Shown: one piece after another, positions 20,233 to 30,108 of the stretch
Position numbering within the stretch: position 1 is the stretch's first letter
Layout: each line of letters begins with the position of its first letter
NCBI GenBank assembly: GCA_946415675.1
Contig: CAMKTL010000011.1
Coordinates: 89-64,088 of the forward strand
Direction: 5' to 3'
DNA length: 64,000 nucleotides
Origin: an uncultured Fibrobacter sp.
GTDB taxonomy: Bacteria > Fibrobacterota > Fibrobacteria > Fibrobacterales > Fibrobacteraceae
Program-made: the position numbers and the translations under genes
Notes under the pieces: model-generated
What the model saw: the letters and a program-made list of their open reading frames with translations, nothing else
Told to the model about the DNA's origin: nothing
Databases searched by the model: none

Positions 20233-21705
20233 TTAGAACTGTGTAATGAATTCCCAACCGATGTCGGATGCCCACAGTTTGCCGTTTTCACGCATATCCC
20301 ACTGGTGGCCGCCATTGAAGGTGCACCACTTCACAGGGAAGCGCGGATCGACCGTCTTGTAGTCATAGCACACATGGCCACCGCCACCAGAGAATTCCGT
20401 TGCCTTTTCGCTAGTGCAGTCCGTATGGCCTTCAGGACCGTTGTTCCTCAAAATCCTGTCGCGGGCGCTACGTCCCATGCTCGGCGGACACGTGCCATCG
20501 CTCAGGCCCACAGTTCCCATCCAAGCGATAGGCTTGCCGGAATTCTTCGGGATGTAGATGACCTGGTCAGCAGTCGCGAATACCACGACACCGCGGAGAC
20601 GATGCTGGAATGTCTGAGCAAGCGAGTTCGAGTACATGGCGCCAAAGCTAAAGCCGGAGGAGAACACGCGCGACGTATCGACGCAGAGGTTCTCGTTCAA
20701 GTAAGTGAGGATTTCGTCAAAGAAGAGGTGGTCCTTGTTGTCTCCGCAGCGCCATGGCATCTGGTCCGTGTAACCATGCGGGGCCACAAAAATCGTATTC
20801 TTTTTATCCTTGTCACGATAGCCGTAATAATGTTCATTCTTTGCGACGTTCTGTGCGGAACCGCCCATGCAATGCATGCCGAACACCAAACGGTAAGGCT
20901 TGTTCTTGTCGTAATTTTCAGGGAGATCAAGATAGACTTCGTGCTCGATTCCACCACCCTTGAACTTGAAGTAATTCTTGAGCGTGTTGTCCTTGCCGCA
21001 GCCCTTACTCGGCGTCGGCTCGTTCTTGAGCGGATAGCCAAACGCATAAGTCTGTTCCGTCGCAATTTTCGTGAGCTTCACATCGACAGTCGTATCGAGC
21101 GTGCCCAGCGGAACGGTGAGCGTATCATAGCCATCCGCAACAAAGCGGAGAGCTTCACCCTTCTCGGCTTCCTTCATGAGGGCGTTTCCATTTGCCCGCG
21201 AACCGATGGAACTGCTGAAGCCTCTGTCTGTCGTGAACTTGAAGTTCTGCTTGGCATTGCCTACAGAAACTTGAGCAAAATACGTGCCACGAGCTTCGAT
21301 GCCCTTGCTCAAATCATACGTCCCCGATCCCTGCAAAAGCTTTTTGAAGACCTGATTCCCGAGAGAGTTGTAAATTTTCACCTGCACAGGCGAGGTGCTG
21401 CTCTGGGAATAGGACAGAATACCGTTGTTGATGCTGATGTACCCAACAGTATTCCTGAAAGCAGGATGAATAGCGACACCCGGCGAATCCGCAGGAGGTG
21501 TAGTTATTTCATCTTCGTGAATTGTGAATTTGCCCTGGCGATCCGTCGTGGCGTTCTTGCCTTCCTTGAGAAGGCTCACCGAGACTCCCCTAAGGGCCTT
21601 GCCCTGGTCGTCAGAAACGGTTCCTGTGATGGTGTAAGCCGATACTGATCCGCAGAATGCCAGAAGACACGCCGCGCTAAGCAGTTTTGGTGTTTTGGTA
21701 ATCAT
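20233..21705 (-). CDS. Secreted alpha/beta-hydrolase (feruloyl/acetylxylan esterase or PHB depolymerase-like) with N-terminal accessory domains
   Basis: LVFGMHCMGGS, FVAPHG, CVDTSRVFSSGFSFG (GxSxG), FNGGH; signal peptide; ATG 21705 after GGAG. Confidence 0.8.
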   Translation of the reverse strand: MITKTPKLLSAACLLAFCGSVSAYTITGTVSDDQGKALRGVSVSLLKEGKNATTDRQGKFTIHEDEITTPPADSPGVAIHPAFRNTVGYISINNGILSYSQSSTSPVQVKIYNSLGNQVFKKLLQGSGTYDLSKGIEARGTYFAQVSVGNAKQNFKFTTDRGFSSSIGSRANGNALMKEAEKGEALRFVADGYDTLTVPLGTLDTTVDVKLTKIATEQTYAFGYPLKNEPTPSKGCGKDNTLKNYFKFKGGGIEHEVYLDLPENYDKNKPYRLVFGMHCMGGSAQNVAKNEHYYGYRDKDKKNTIFVAPHGYTDQMPWRCGDNKDHLFFDEILTYLNENLCVDTSRVFSSGFSFGAMYSNSLAQTFQHRLRGVVVFATADQVIYIPKNSGKPIAWMGTVGLSDGTCPPSMGRSARDRILRNNGPEGHTDCTSEKATEFSGGGGHVCYDYKTVDPRFPVKWCTFNGGHQWDMRENGKLWASDIGWEFITQF

Positions 21706-21801
21706 TCGCACTCCTTTTTACCAAACACCAACCAACCAACTCAATATAAAGTAATTTACGTGCAAACGTGACCAAAATCACATCCCTAGGACTCACGTTC
21801 A

Positions 21802-21816
21802 TGGATAAATCGTCCA
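21802..21816. promoter_or_regulatory. TGGA-N7-TCCA palindrome (putative operator)
   Basis: ATGGATAAATCGTCCAT, ~97 nt upstream of the esterase start; the same pattern occurs at 46754, 48314 and 49715. Confidence 0.55.
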
Positions 21817-21957
21817 TAAAAAGATTTTTACATTTGATTCAAAGCACAAAAAAAGATAACGGAGCATGATTTAATCCACAAAAAAAGTGACCCGCCGGCG
21901 AAGCCGGCGGTTCTTCATATACGGGCGTAGCCCTACAATACTAGCGTCTAAAGTTTT

Positions 21958-23730
21958 TTACTTCACAACGGATGCAGTGAATCCCTTGTAAATCGCCTGC
22001 AACGCCCCAGCAAGGTAAGCAAGCGGAGCATTCCAGTTGATGGCCACTTCATTTGTCGCATAGCTGCAGCGGTTGTCTATATAAGCTAATGCGGGCTTGT
22101 CAGCAGAGGCGTAATTCGGGCACTTCCAGAGTTCCTTGCCGTCGAGGTTGATGTCCTGCTTGCCCAAATGCGGGCCGCCTACGAGCATGCCCGGCACCGG
22201 ATCATCGACAAAGTCCGATTCGCTTACGCGGTGGTGCGGATTGCGCGGGCTCCTGTAGCCAAAGCCAGTGACGTAGGTGATTTCCATCGGGTTCTTGCCC
22301 AAGAGGTAGTCAAGGCACTGCTGTGCACCATCCAGATAGCTCTTGTCGCCCGTGACAAAATACGCATGCATCAAAACGATTCCGTTGTTCGCCATGGCAC
22401 TGTTGCTGCCCCAGTTCCAGCTGGACGGGAATGCGGGGAGCCTGTAGGCGCTCGTATCGCCAACGGTGCGGAGTTCATTGGCAACTTTAAGCAAAGCCTT
22501 GCGCGCATCACCGCCGAGTTTCGCGCCGAATTCCGCAGAATCAAGCGCCACATGATAAATGGCGAGCATGTTCACATCACCCCACCAGGCTCCATCGGCA
22601 CGGAACGTATATTGTTTCAAGTCCTTGAGGTAATCCGACTTTTTCGTCGCGCGATAAAGTTCAGTCGCAGCAAAGGCAAACTCGTCCTTGCCGTTTTCTT
22701 CACCATAAGCGTAGTTGCCCGTTTCCACGTCTGACGGTTGCTTGTACAAAGCCTTCGGATGCCGCTTCGCCCAATAATAAGCGACTTCAGCAGCCTTGAG
22801 CATACGATTTGCAAATTCCGAATCAAACTTCGCATAAATGCAAGACGCCTGGGCCATCACCGCCGCGAAATCCAGCGTCGCCGTCAAGCTCTTTTCAATG
22901 GCATAACGCAGTGCCCCGTCAATTTCGGGCATCGTGCTGGAACCGAACTTGAGCGACGTGAGTTTATGATAGACGGCGCCGTCCTTGTCCTGCATCGAAA
23001 GCATCCAATCGAGATTCCAGCGGATTTCTTCAAGCAATTCCGGCATCTTCGGGAACTCGCGCGGGATATTCCACTGGAGCGTATCCATATATACCGGAAA
23101 ATGCTCATAGAGTTCCAACAACGTAAAAACGGTAATGCCCGAGTTCACAATGTACTTGCCATAGTCACCTGCATCGTACCAGCCACGCTGAGACTTGATG
23201 TACTTTGCATCGGCCTTCTTGGGCGCCGGTTTCCCGTTCGCCTTAGCCACCGTAGTCGCCGTCGGAAGGTCTGTCCCATAGACAATCACCTTGTCGTCCA
23301 TGTGCCCTGCCGCGCGTGCCCACTTGCCTGCATAGCGCGTATCGAGCGCCATTCCCGCACGCTGGTAATAGAACCACTTGAGCGCGGCTTTCGTCAAATC
23401 CTCATAAACAACCTCGCCCACAACAATCGGATTCCCGATGTAGCCGTCACGGAACAGGCGATACGTGCCCGGCTTCTTGATAGACGAGATGTCGTACGTC
23501 TGGACTTCCTCGCCACTGTATTCCCAATCATAGACCATCGGGGCTTCGAGCGCAAGAACCGTCTTGCCGCTCATGTCGCGGACTTCAAGCGGATTGGCGT
23601 CATTGCCGGGAATGACGACAATCTTTTCGGATTCAGGAGTAAAACCTAGCTGATTCACCAAGGGTATAGCAAAAGACGGCACCGCAAGGGCGAGCGCAGC
23701 AAATAATTGTTTCCGCATACAAAACCTCAT
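21958..23730 (-). CDS. GH9 endoglucanase with N-terminal Ig-like domain
   Basis: GWYDAGDYGKY, WNLDWMLSMQ, RNPHHR, YATNEVAINWNA; catalytic Asp and Glu residues intact. The start could be 23718. Confidence 0.95.
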   Translation of the reverse strand: MRFCMRKQLFAALALAVPSFAIPLVNQLGFTPESEKIVVIPGNDANPLEVRDMSGKTVLALEAPMVYDWEYSGEEVQTYDISSIKKPGTYRLFRDGYIGNPIVVGEVVYEDLTKAALKWFYYQRAGMALDTRYAGKWARAAGHMDDKVIVYGTDLPTATTVAKANGKPAPKKADAKYIKSQRGWYDAGDYGKYIVNSGITVFTLLELYEHFPVYMDTLQWNIPREFPKMPELLEEIRWNLDWMLSMQDKDGAVYHKLTSLKFGSSTMPEIDGALRYAIEKSLTATLDFAAVMAQASCIYAKFDSEFANRMLKAAEVAYYWAKRHPKALYKQPSDVETGNYAYGEENGKDEFAFAATELYRATKKSDYLKDLKQYTFRADGAWWGDVNMLAIYHVALDSAEFGAKLGGDARKALLKVANELRTVGDTSAYRLPAFPSSWNWGSNSAMANNGIVLMHAYFVTGDKSYLDGAQQCLDYLLGKNPMEITYVTGFGYRSPRNPHHRVSESDFVDDPVPGMLVGGPHLGKQDINLDGKELWKCPNYASADKPALAYIDNRCSYATNEVAINWNAPLAYLAGALQAIYKGFTASVVK

Positions 23731-23865
23731 TTTTCTCTAAAGATACCTTTATATTTTAAAAATTGTTCCCGTACGGTGCATTTTAATGTTTACTAGAGGC
23801 AACGGGGAGATACTAGTTACTAGACTCTAGTCTCCAATTAGGTTAGGAACGATGTTCACGGGGAT

Positions 23866-23897
23866 AAAAAAAATCCCGCCGTGCTTTACGGCGAGAC
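23866..23897 (-). terminator. Terminator after the GH18-like gene
   Basis: CGCCGT-N5-ACGGCG stem with an A run on + (a T run on -). Confidence 0.65.
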
Positions 23898-23923
23898 TTC
23901 TAAATTTTTCCGTTTAACGAAGA

Positions 23924-24979
23924 TTACTTCTTGGCGGCCTTGTAGTTGACGCCCGGACGGAGTTCGAGACCGACAGTCACGAGGAGGGAGACAATCGGTT
24001 CGTAGTGGTCCTGGGAGAGGTCATACACGGCAACACCGGCCATGCCTTCGCTCTTCACGTGCTGGGCGACCGCCTTCACAGACGGAATGCCCATGAACAC
24101 GATAGATTCGGTTTCACTCACAGCCACTTCAGACTTGGAAGCTTCATCGAAAGTCACCGTGTAGTCCGGCGTATCGAAACGGTTCATGAGTTCAGCGTAC
24201 GGGAGGTAACCTTCGTTACCGCTTCCAACGCCCTGATGGCTCGTGCCGAGGCCCTTGGCACCCGCGAAGGACTTACCGTAGAGGAACACCACCGGAGCAA
24301 GGAGGTCCTTGTTCACGCCGGCGGCAGCAACAGCGTCAAGCGTTTCCTGCACGGAGTTTGCACTCTGGTTCGGAACGAGGCTGCTTTCGCTTTCGTTCAT
24401 GAGGTCAGCCATGAACACATCGACATAAGCGGCGCGGTTCAAAGCTTCGGCCTTGTAAGCATCCATACCTGCAGCCGGATAAATCACAGCAGTCACCGTC
24501 AAGCCGGAAAGGCCATCGACCAAGGCATTCAACATCTTGGCGTAATCTTCGGCGTCATCCGTTGTGAGGTTCTGCCAGTCGAGTTCAACACCATCGCCAC
24601 CATTCGTAGAAATCCAGTCCTTCACGTTCGAGACAAACGTGGAGAGCGTTTCGTCAGAAGAAGCGATTGCCTTGAGGTTCGATTCGGCTTCCATGCCACC
24701 CACCGACACAATAAGCTTGACACCATTCTCCTTGGACATGGTCACAAGGTTCTTGAAGTTGTCCGCATCGTATTCATCGGCAAAGGCAACCGTACCTTCA
24801 GCAGTCGGAGCGATAGACATATAGTGAATATCAGTCACGAGATTGTAGCGGATATCCTTGGCATAGAACTGGGAATACTGACTCCAATAGGGATAGAAGC
24901 CTATCACTTTGTCGGCGGCGGCCTGAGCAGACACCGCAGCACCCATAGCGAGAGCAAGTGCAATAACTTTAAAGTTCAT
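23924..24979 (-). CDS. GH18 chitinase-like protein, probably non-catalytic
   Basis: KVIGFYPYW, LIVSVGG, DGVELDWQ (canonical DxxDxDxE), GMAGVAVYDLSQD; signal peptide; AGAGG RBS. Confidence 0.85.
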   Translation of the reverse strand: MNFKVIALALAMGAAVSAQAAADKVIGFYPYWSQYSQFYAKDIRYNLVTDIHYMSIAPTAEGTVAFADEYDADNFKNLVTMSKENGVKLIVSVGGMEAESNLKAIASSDETLSTFVSNVKDWISTNGGDGVELDWQNLTTDDAEDYAKMLNALVDGLSGLTVTAVIYPAAGMDAYKAEALNRAAYVDVFMADLMNESESSLVPNQSANSVQETLDAVAAAGVNKDLLAPVVFLYGKSFAGAKGLGTSHQGVGSGNEGYLPYAELMNRFDTPDYTVTFDEASKSEVAVSETESIVFMGIPSVKAVAQHVKSEGMAGVAVYDLSQDHYEPIVSLLVTVGLELRPGVNYKAAKK

Positions 24980-24993
24980 CTGAATACCTCTTC

Positions 24994-25683
24994 CTATTGG
25001 TTAACTAGATGGAGAATGCCCGTTGCCGGATCCATACAATAGTGTCCCGGATCTGCCACAAATTTTTTAGGGTCATCTACAGTTTTTCCCTGCAATTTAG
25101 TAATTGAAGAATCTACTGGAATCCCTTGGGCATTAAGAACTGAAACCGTCACCTGATCGCGAGTTATATTGGCTAATTCAGTAGCATCGCAGAAACGATA
25201 AGCCCAACCATGAGACTCACCGTAAACAATGTATTGCTGAGAAATGGCAACTTCGTCAACCGGGACCTGGGTCAATGCGGTAAAATCATCGGCGACACCG
25301 ACAAAGTTGAATTCCGTCAAATCCTTCAGGATGTTCGCATCGGTAGCAGCAGCAGCGCAAGCATCAACCGGATAGCCGCCCATAAAAGGATCGCTGCAAA
25401 TTTGGACGAGAGTTGGAGATGCGGCAAAGGTTGCATCATCCGCAGCCTTCAATGCGGCGTAATCTCCACCGGCATTTGTCACGGAATCCTTGACAAGAGA
25501 GTTTCGCATTTCCACGTAATCTTTAATCTGCAACTTGCGCAGAATCGGGTGCAACTGCATATAAGTCTGAGCAGTGAAACCTGCCGGAAAGGAATCAGAG
25601 TAAGGCTCGCTCACTTCCAACGAGGAACATGCACCCAAAACACCTGCCAAGAGAATCATTGTGTACTGGTAAAGTTTTTTCAT
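24994..25683 (-). CDS. Lipoprotein of unknown function
   Basis: MKKLYQYTMILLAGVLGAC lipobox; AGAGG RBS 7 nt upstream. Confidence 0.8.
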   Translation of the reverse strand: MKKLYQYTMILLAGVLGACSSLEVSEPYSDSFPAGFTAQTYMQLHPILRKLQIKDYVEMRNSLVKDSVTNAGGDYAALKAADDATFAASPTLVQICSDPFMGGYPVDACAAAATDANILKDLTEFNFVGVADDFTALTQVPVDEVAISQQYIVYGESHGWAYRFCDATELANITRDQVTVSVLNAQGIPVDSSITKLQGKTVDDPKKFVADPGHYCMDPATGILHLVNQ

Positions 25684-25695
25684 TTTCAGCACCTC

Positions 25696-27897
25696 TTAGA
25701 AATTAACCGTAACATCAGCAGTGACGATATTCTTGCTAATGGAAAGTTTGTTTGCACCGGCGTCAACAGGCGTACCGCTCGCGTCCGTAATCATATAAGC
25801 GTAATCGAGATCGTTCGTGAGCATACCGTACTGAACTGTCAAGTAAGAAATCGGAGCAAGCTTCACACGGACACCGCCCATAACCAGGCGCTCGGAGGCC
25901 TTGGTCACGCTAACAGCCACATTCATTTCACCGAAAGAGCCGCCAACACCGAAACCGTTTCCAAATTCCTTTTCATACTGCTGGAAACCGACAAGAAGAG
26001 CAACCGGGCCCCAGACATCAGCTGTCACGCCCGCAACGATGCGGTTCGCAGAACGCTTGAGGTAAGCAGATTCTTCGGCATGAGAGTAAGAACCCTGAAT
26101 GAGAATCTGGCGGTCAAGACCGGCAAGAGCGCCAGCATCGACACCAAGACCCACGGCATATTCCGTGAACTTGTTCTCTGCGACTTGCGGAATACCTGTC
26201 GCAGGATCCACAGACAAAGAGTTCGACTGGGTCAAAATGTTGACGCGAGCGTTGAACATCACCTTGTCAGCCCAGTTGACATCGGCCTTCGCCGTAATAC
26301 CCTTGCGGTCCGGAGTAGCAAGGCCGAACGGCAATGCAAGACCTACAGACGGATCCAACTCCATCAGCGGATCAAGTTCCAGGCGCTTTGAAACAGTACC
26401 CGTGTAGCCGTTGCGGTAGAAATGGCCGTTCTTGTAGTTGTTATCCAAACGGGAGTAGAGATATCCGCTTTCGCCATTTTTACGGCCGAAAATATCTCCT
26501 TCATTGGAAAGAGTGTTCGTGTTAGCCGACGTCATCAAGTTCGTCGCCTGCAATGTCGTAGAATTATAGACATTGAAATAGAGGTTTTCGAGACTGGATG
26601 CACCGAAGGTCGAGAAGATAAGGTTGTCCTGAGGATTCTCGTACATGGCGTTCGCATTGAGGATAACCGAACGTCCCTGATAAACCGGAGAAGATGCCAT
26701 TTCAGACCAGAACTTCTCATCCGTCTTGAGATAACCGGCATCGACCTTGAAGTCGATATCATTGACATCGCCTTTCACAAAGAGGTTCGCATAGAAGCTG
26801 TTGCCGCTTTCATCCGCGAAGTCTTCGTTGGCAACTACCAAAGGATAGGATACAGCGCTCTTGATATAGACAATCCTGTCGCCATTTATGTTTTTCTCAA
26901 GAATCTTGTAATCGGTCTTGAATCCTTTTTTCAGGTAATCGCGGTCAACCTTCCACTTGGACATGGCAAATTCACCATTCAAGCCGAACGAAACCGGAAG
27001 ATCCGGAAGAGTCTTCTTGGAATCGAAGCTCAAGTCCGCGGAGAACACCCTGTTGTTATCGTAGTAGATCGTATCGGTATCGGCAATCTGCTTAGTACGA
27101 CGGGTATATTTGCGGTCAAACAAATTGACAAAGTTCAAACCGAGATGTGCCCCGTAAGATTCGATACCAGCACGGGCACCGAGCATGTAACGGTCGGAGA
27201 AGTCGAAGTCGAAGAAGACCTGGTCAACTTTCTTTCCCGTATTGCGGAGACGTGCACCGGTAAGCTGTGCGGTAATGTTATCGACCGCGCCAAGGCTTCC
27301 GCTCTGGTAAGCGATATTGAGGCCTTGCAGCAAGCGACGGCTTGTCGTATCGAGATTGCGCTTTTCAAGAGCTTCGCGACGCTTCTCCGAGAAGATTTCC
27401 GGTTCCTGGAGAATTTCGGTCTGCGGAGCGAAAACAGTGAGTGGGGTATAACCGACACGCATGTATCCCAAATTGAAATCGACATGCTTGTTGAGGATTG
27501 TTCCGTCGTAGCTGAACCAATGACCGATAATCGGGTTGTTGTTCTCGTCATAGGCGCTCTGCCAATCCTTGTGCAAGCGCAGCTGGACGTCAATCATCGT
27601 CTCGGAACTCGGACGGGCGGTCAAGCGCAGGTTCACATCCGTGAAAGCCTGGTTTTCCTGAGTCGGAGATTCCTTCGCATACTGGTCGGAAGAGCTAAAG
27701 GAAGCAAGAACGCCTGCCTTCGCCGTTCCGTTAATCTTGAGCCCAAGCACTGCCGCATTGAGAGAATCCAACTTTTCCAGCAAGGATCTCTGTTGCGTAA
27801 CAACCTCAGTCTGGTTTTCAGCGGCAAACGCAGTCGCAGCCGAAAGAGCAACAGCGGAGGTCAATAAAATTTTGCGCATGTTCATATTGAAATTCAT
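25696..27897 (-). CDS. Outer-membrane beta-barrel protein (paralog 3)
   Basis: Signal peptide, alternating amphipathic strands, C-terminal ADVTVNF; GGAGG RBS. Confidence 0.8.
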   Translation of the reverse strand: MNFNMNMRKILLTSAVALSAATAFAAENQTEVVTQQRSLLEKLDSLNAAVLGLKINGTAKAGVLASFSSSDQYAKESPTQENQAFTDVNLRLTARPSSETMIDVQLRLHKDWQSAYDENNNPIIGHWFSYDGTILNKHVDFNLGYMRVGYTPLTVFAPQTEILQEPEIFSEKRREALEKRNLDTTSRRLLQGLNIAYQSGSLGAVDNITAQLTGARLRNTGKKVDQVFFDFDFSDRYMLGARAGIESYGAHLGLNFVNLFDRKYTRRTKQIADTDTIYYDNNRVFSADLSFDSKKTLPDLPVSFGLNGEFAMSKWKVDRDYLKKGFKTDYKILEKNINGDRIVYIKSAVSYPLVVANEDFADESGNSFYANLFVKGDVNDIDFKVDAGYLKTDEKFWSEMASSPVYQGRSVILNANAMYENPQDNLIFSTFGASSLENLYFNVYNSTTLQATNLMTSANTNTLSNEGDIFGRKNGESGYLYSRLDNNYKNGHFYRNGYTGTVSKRLELDPLMELDPSVGLALPFGLATPDRKGITAKADVNWADKVMFNARVNILTQSNSLSVDPATGIPQVAENKFTEYAVGLGVDAGALAGLDRQILIQGSYSHAEESAYLKRSANRIVAGVTADVWGPVALLVGFQQYEKEFGNGFGVGGSFGEMNVAVSVTKASERLVMGGVRVKLAPISYLTVQYGMLTNDLDYAYMITDASGTPVDAGANKLSISKNIVTADVTVNF

Positions 27898-27912
27898 TCT
27901 AGTTACCTCCCA

Positions 27913-30093
27913 TTAAAATTCCACATTAATGGAAGCTTCAAAAATAGACTGACTAAACTTATGCTGATAAGTACCCGCAACGCCGTCGCCCTTCTTCTCT
28001 GCGCTGAAGTAATCAGGCAGGTTACGAGCAGAACCGGCAATAGCCGCAGTATTGTAGTCGTTTGTCACGTTGACCATGCCGTAATTGATGGCAAGCCATG
28101 CGTTGTCGCCAACCACATAGTCAAAGCCCACCATCCACTGCATCTGCTTGCTCTTCAGGAGAGGAACATCAAGACCGACCATCGGGTTGATATTGCCAAC
28201 CCCATAGTCCGTATTGGCCATCTGGAAACCGGCCGTAAAGCCGATTCGCGACAAGAACTGAGCAGAGAATCCTGCATTGATGAAGTCGCTCTTGAGGGTT
28301 CCCGAAACACCGCCAACCATGTCGGTCTTGCTTTCGGAATGCTTGAAGGAACCGGATACTTCCATGGCCTTGTTGAGGCCCGCCATCTTGGCGATATCGA
28401 ACTTGGCGCCACCGCCAAATTCCATGAAGGAAACCTTGTCGATTTCAGGAATTTCGCTATTCACCTGATTGAATATGCTTACAAGAGCCTGGGCTTCGAT
28501 CTTTTCCTCCCAATCACCCTTGACTATAGCGCGGACACCCATGCGGTTCGGAGTCGCGAGGCCATACGGCAAGGTGAGCTGGACAGCCGGATCCAACATC
28601 ATGTTGATGAGGGCGAGCTGTTCGGCGGAATAGACATTGGAACCCCAAGAATTCTTGTTGTACGGAGCGATATTGTAGCTTTCGCCCTGACCGGCCTTGA
28701 AGGCGTCGTCGTTCGTACCCAGGGAGCGAGCCACCGGAGAGAACTTCGGAGAGTAATTATAGAGAGCGTCGAACGTCGAGTAGAGCGGAGAGTTCACGCC
28801 ATACTTGACCGTGTTACCGTCCTTGTCCGAGTTCAAAATACGCTGGGCGAAGAAGCTCGGGGACTGTGCGAGGTTGTTGAACCACTTTTCATCGTTGCGG
28901 ATGAAATCGAGAGCAAGGCCTGCGTTCCAGGAATTATCGACCTTGTAACCGACATTCAACGTAGCGAGCAAGGCAGAACCGTTTACGCTTTCTTCAGATT
29001 CAACGACGGCATTCGTCGCAGGATCGACAGCAAAAGACTTCACCTTGTTTATCGACATCGCATATTCGAGCACGAGATCAAGACTGAGGTTCTTGTTCTG
29101 CATGAGCCCAGCGATATCGGCACCGGCGCGGGCGCTCAACACGAACGTGTTCTGCAGACCCACATCCGGGTTGATTTCCTGAAGGACGTAGCTGCTGAGT
29201 TCAGGATCGTCCGGGTTGAAATCATCCGGCTTGGCGTTACGCGGCAGCGGATGGCGATAAGTATAGGACTTCGAGTTTTCATTATCGAAAATCAACATCG
29301 GAGTCACGCCAACATAGACGTTCTTCTGAACCGGAAGGAGTTCTAAGTTACCACCGACGACCCACTTGTCCGTATTGGAAGCAAGCGAGGTTGCAACACC
29401 CGGAATGGAATCGCCAGGGATAATGTTGCCTTCGGCACCGGTAAAGTCGAGCACCGACACGCGGTTCACGCGAGCCAAGAACGCTTCGGCACGGAGTTCG
29501 CCAATCATCGGGTCAATTTCTTGACGGAACTGAAGGTTAAAACCCTGAAGGTTGCGCTTGTTGCCTTCGATAAGCTGTTCCTTCTGGGCCATGTGGCGCT
29601 TGCGGGCGAAAATCGTCGGTTCGTACATGATGTCGATACCGGGATTGTAAATAGAGAGCGGAGAAATCGCAGAGCGGAAGTCACCGGCAATCCAGTAGAA
29701 ACTCTTGCCGACATTGCCCTCTACATTGAGCCATTTGGCTTCGAGCGTCTTTGCCGCAGAAGCGAAGTATTCCTGCATACCGCCACCGAGACGCATCGTC
29801 ACATTCGCACGGACAAATTCATACGGACGGAAACCGAAGTTCAAGTCAGCGGAGACAAACTCGTTGCGTTCCACGTCCGGCATGTGGTTGAGACCACTTG
29901 GATCGTTGTCCGTATCGAAACTGGAGCGCTGAGCCACGGCACGGATGCTACCAGTAATTTCAACACCGCGCTTGGCATTCGCGCTATCCGCCTTGGCCTG
30001 CAAGGCCTTTTGGTTATCCGCAACTGCAGATGCCGATGCGGCAACCGAAGCAGTGAGAAGGGCGATTAAAATTCTTTTCATTTTCATATTCAT
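27913..30093 (-). CDS. Outer-membrane beta-barrel protein (paralog 2)
   Basis: Signal peptide, C-terminal FEASINVEF; shares LPYGLATPNR with paralog 3 (LPFGLATPDR); GGGAGG RBS. Confidence 0.8.
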   Translation of the reverse strand: MNMKMKRILIALLTASVAASASAVADNQKALQAKADSANAKRGVEITGSIRAVAQRSSFDTDNDPSGLNHMPDVERNEFVSADLNFGFRPYEFVRANVTMRLGGGMQEYFASAAKTLEAKWLNVEGNVGKSFYWIAGDFRSAISPLSIYNPGIDIMYEPTIFARKRHMAQKEQLIEGNKRNLQGFNLQFRQEIDPMIGELRAEAFLARVNRVSVLDFTGAEGNIIPGDSIPGVATSLASNTDKWVVGGNLELLPVQKNVYVGVTPMLIFDNENSKSYTYRHPLPRNAKPDDFNPDDPELSSYVLQEINPDVGLQNTFVLSARAGADIAGLMQNKNLSLDLVLEYAMSINKVKSFAVDPATNAVVESEESVNGSALLATLNVGYKVDNSWNAGLALDFIRNDEKWFNNLAQSPSFFAQRILNSDKDGNTVKYGVNSPLYSTFDALYNYSPKFSPVARSLGTNDDAFKAGQGESYNIAPYNKNSWGSNVYSAEQLALINMMLDPAVQLTLPYGLATPNRMGVRAIVKGDWEEKIEAQALVSIFNQVNSEIPEIDKVSFMEFGGGAKFDIAKMAGLNKAMEVSGSFKHSESKTDMVGGVSGTLKSDFINAGFSAQFLSRIGFTAGFQMANTDYGVGNINPMVGLDVPLLKSKQMQWMVGFDYVVGDNAWLAINYGMVNVTNDYNTAAIAGSARNLPDYFSAEKKGDGVAGTYQHKFSQSIFEASINVEF

Positions 30094-30108
30094 CTTTAGC
30101 ATCCTCCC

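Noticed and set aside
23924-24979. Calling the GH18 an active chitinase
   Set aside because: The catalytic Glu is replaced by Gln and other active-site motifs are degenerate.
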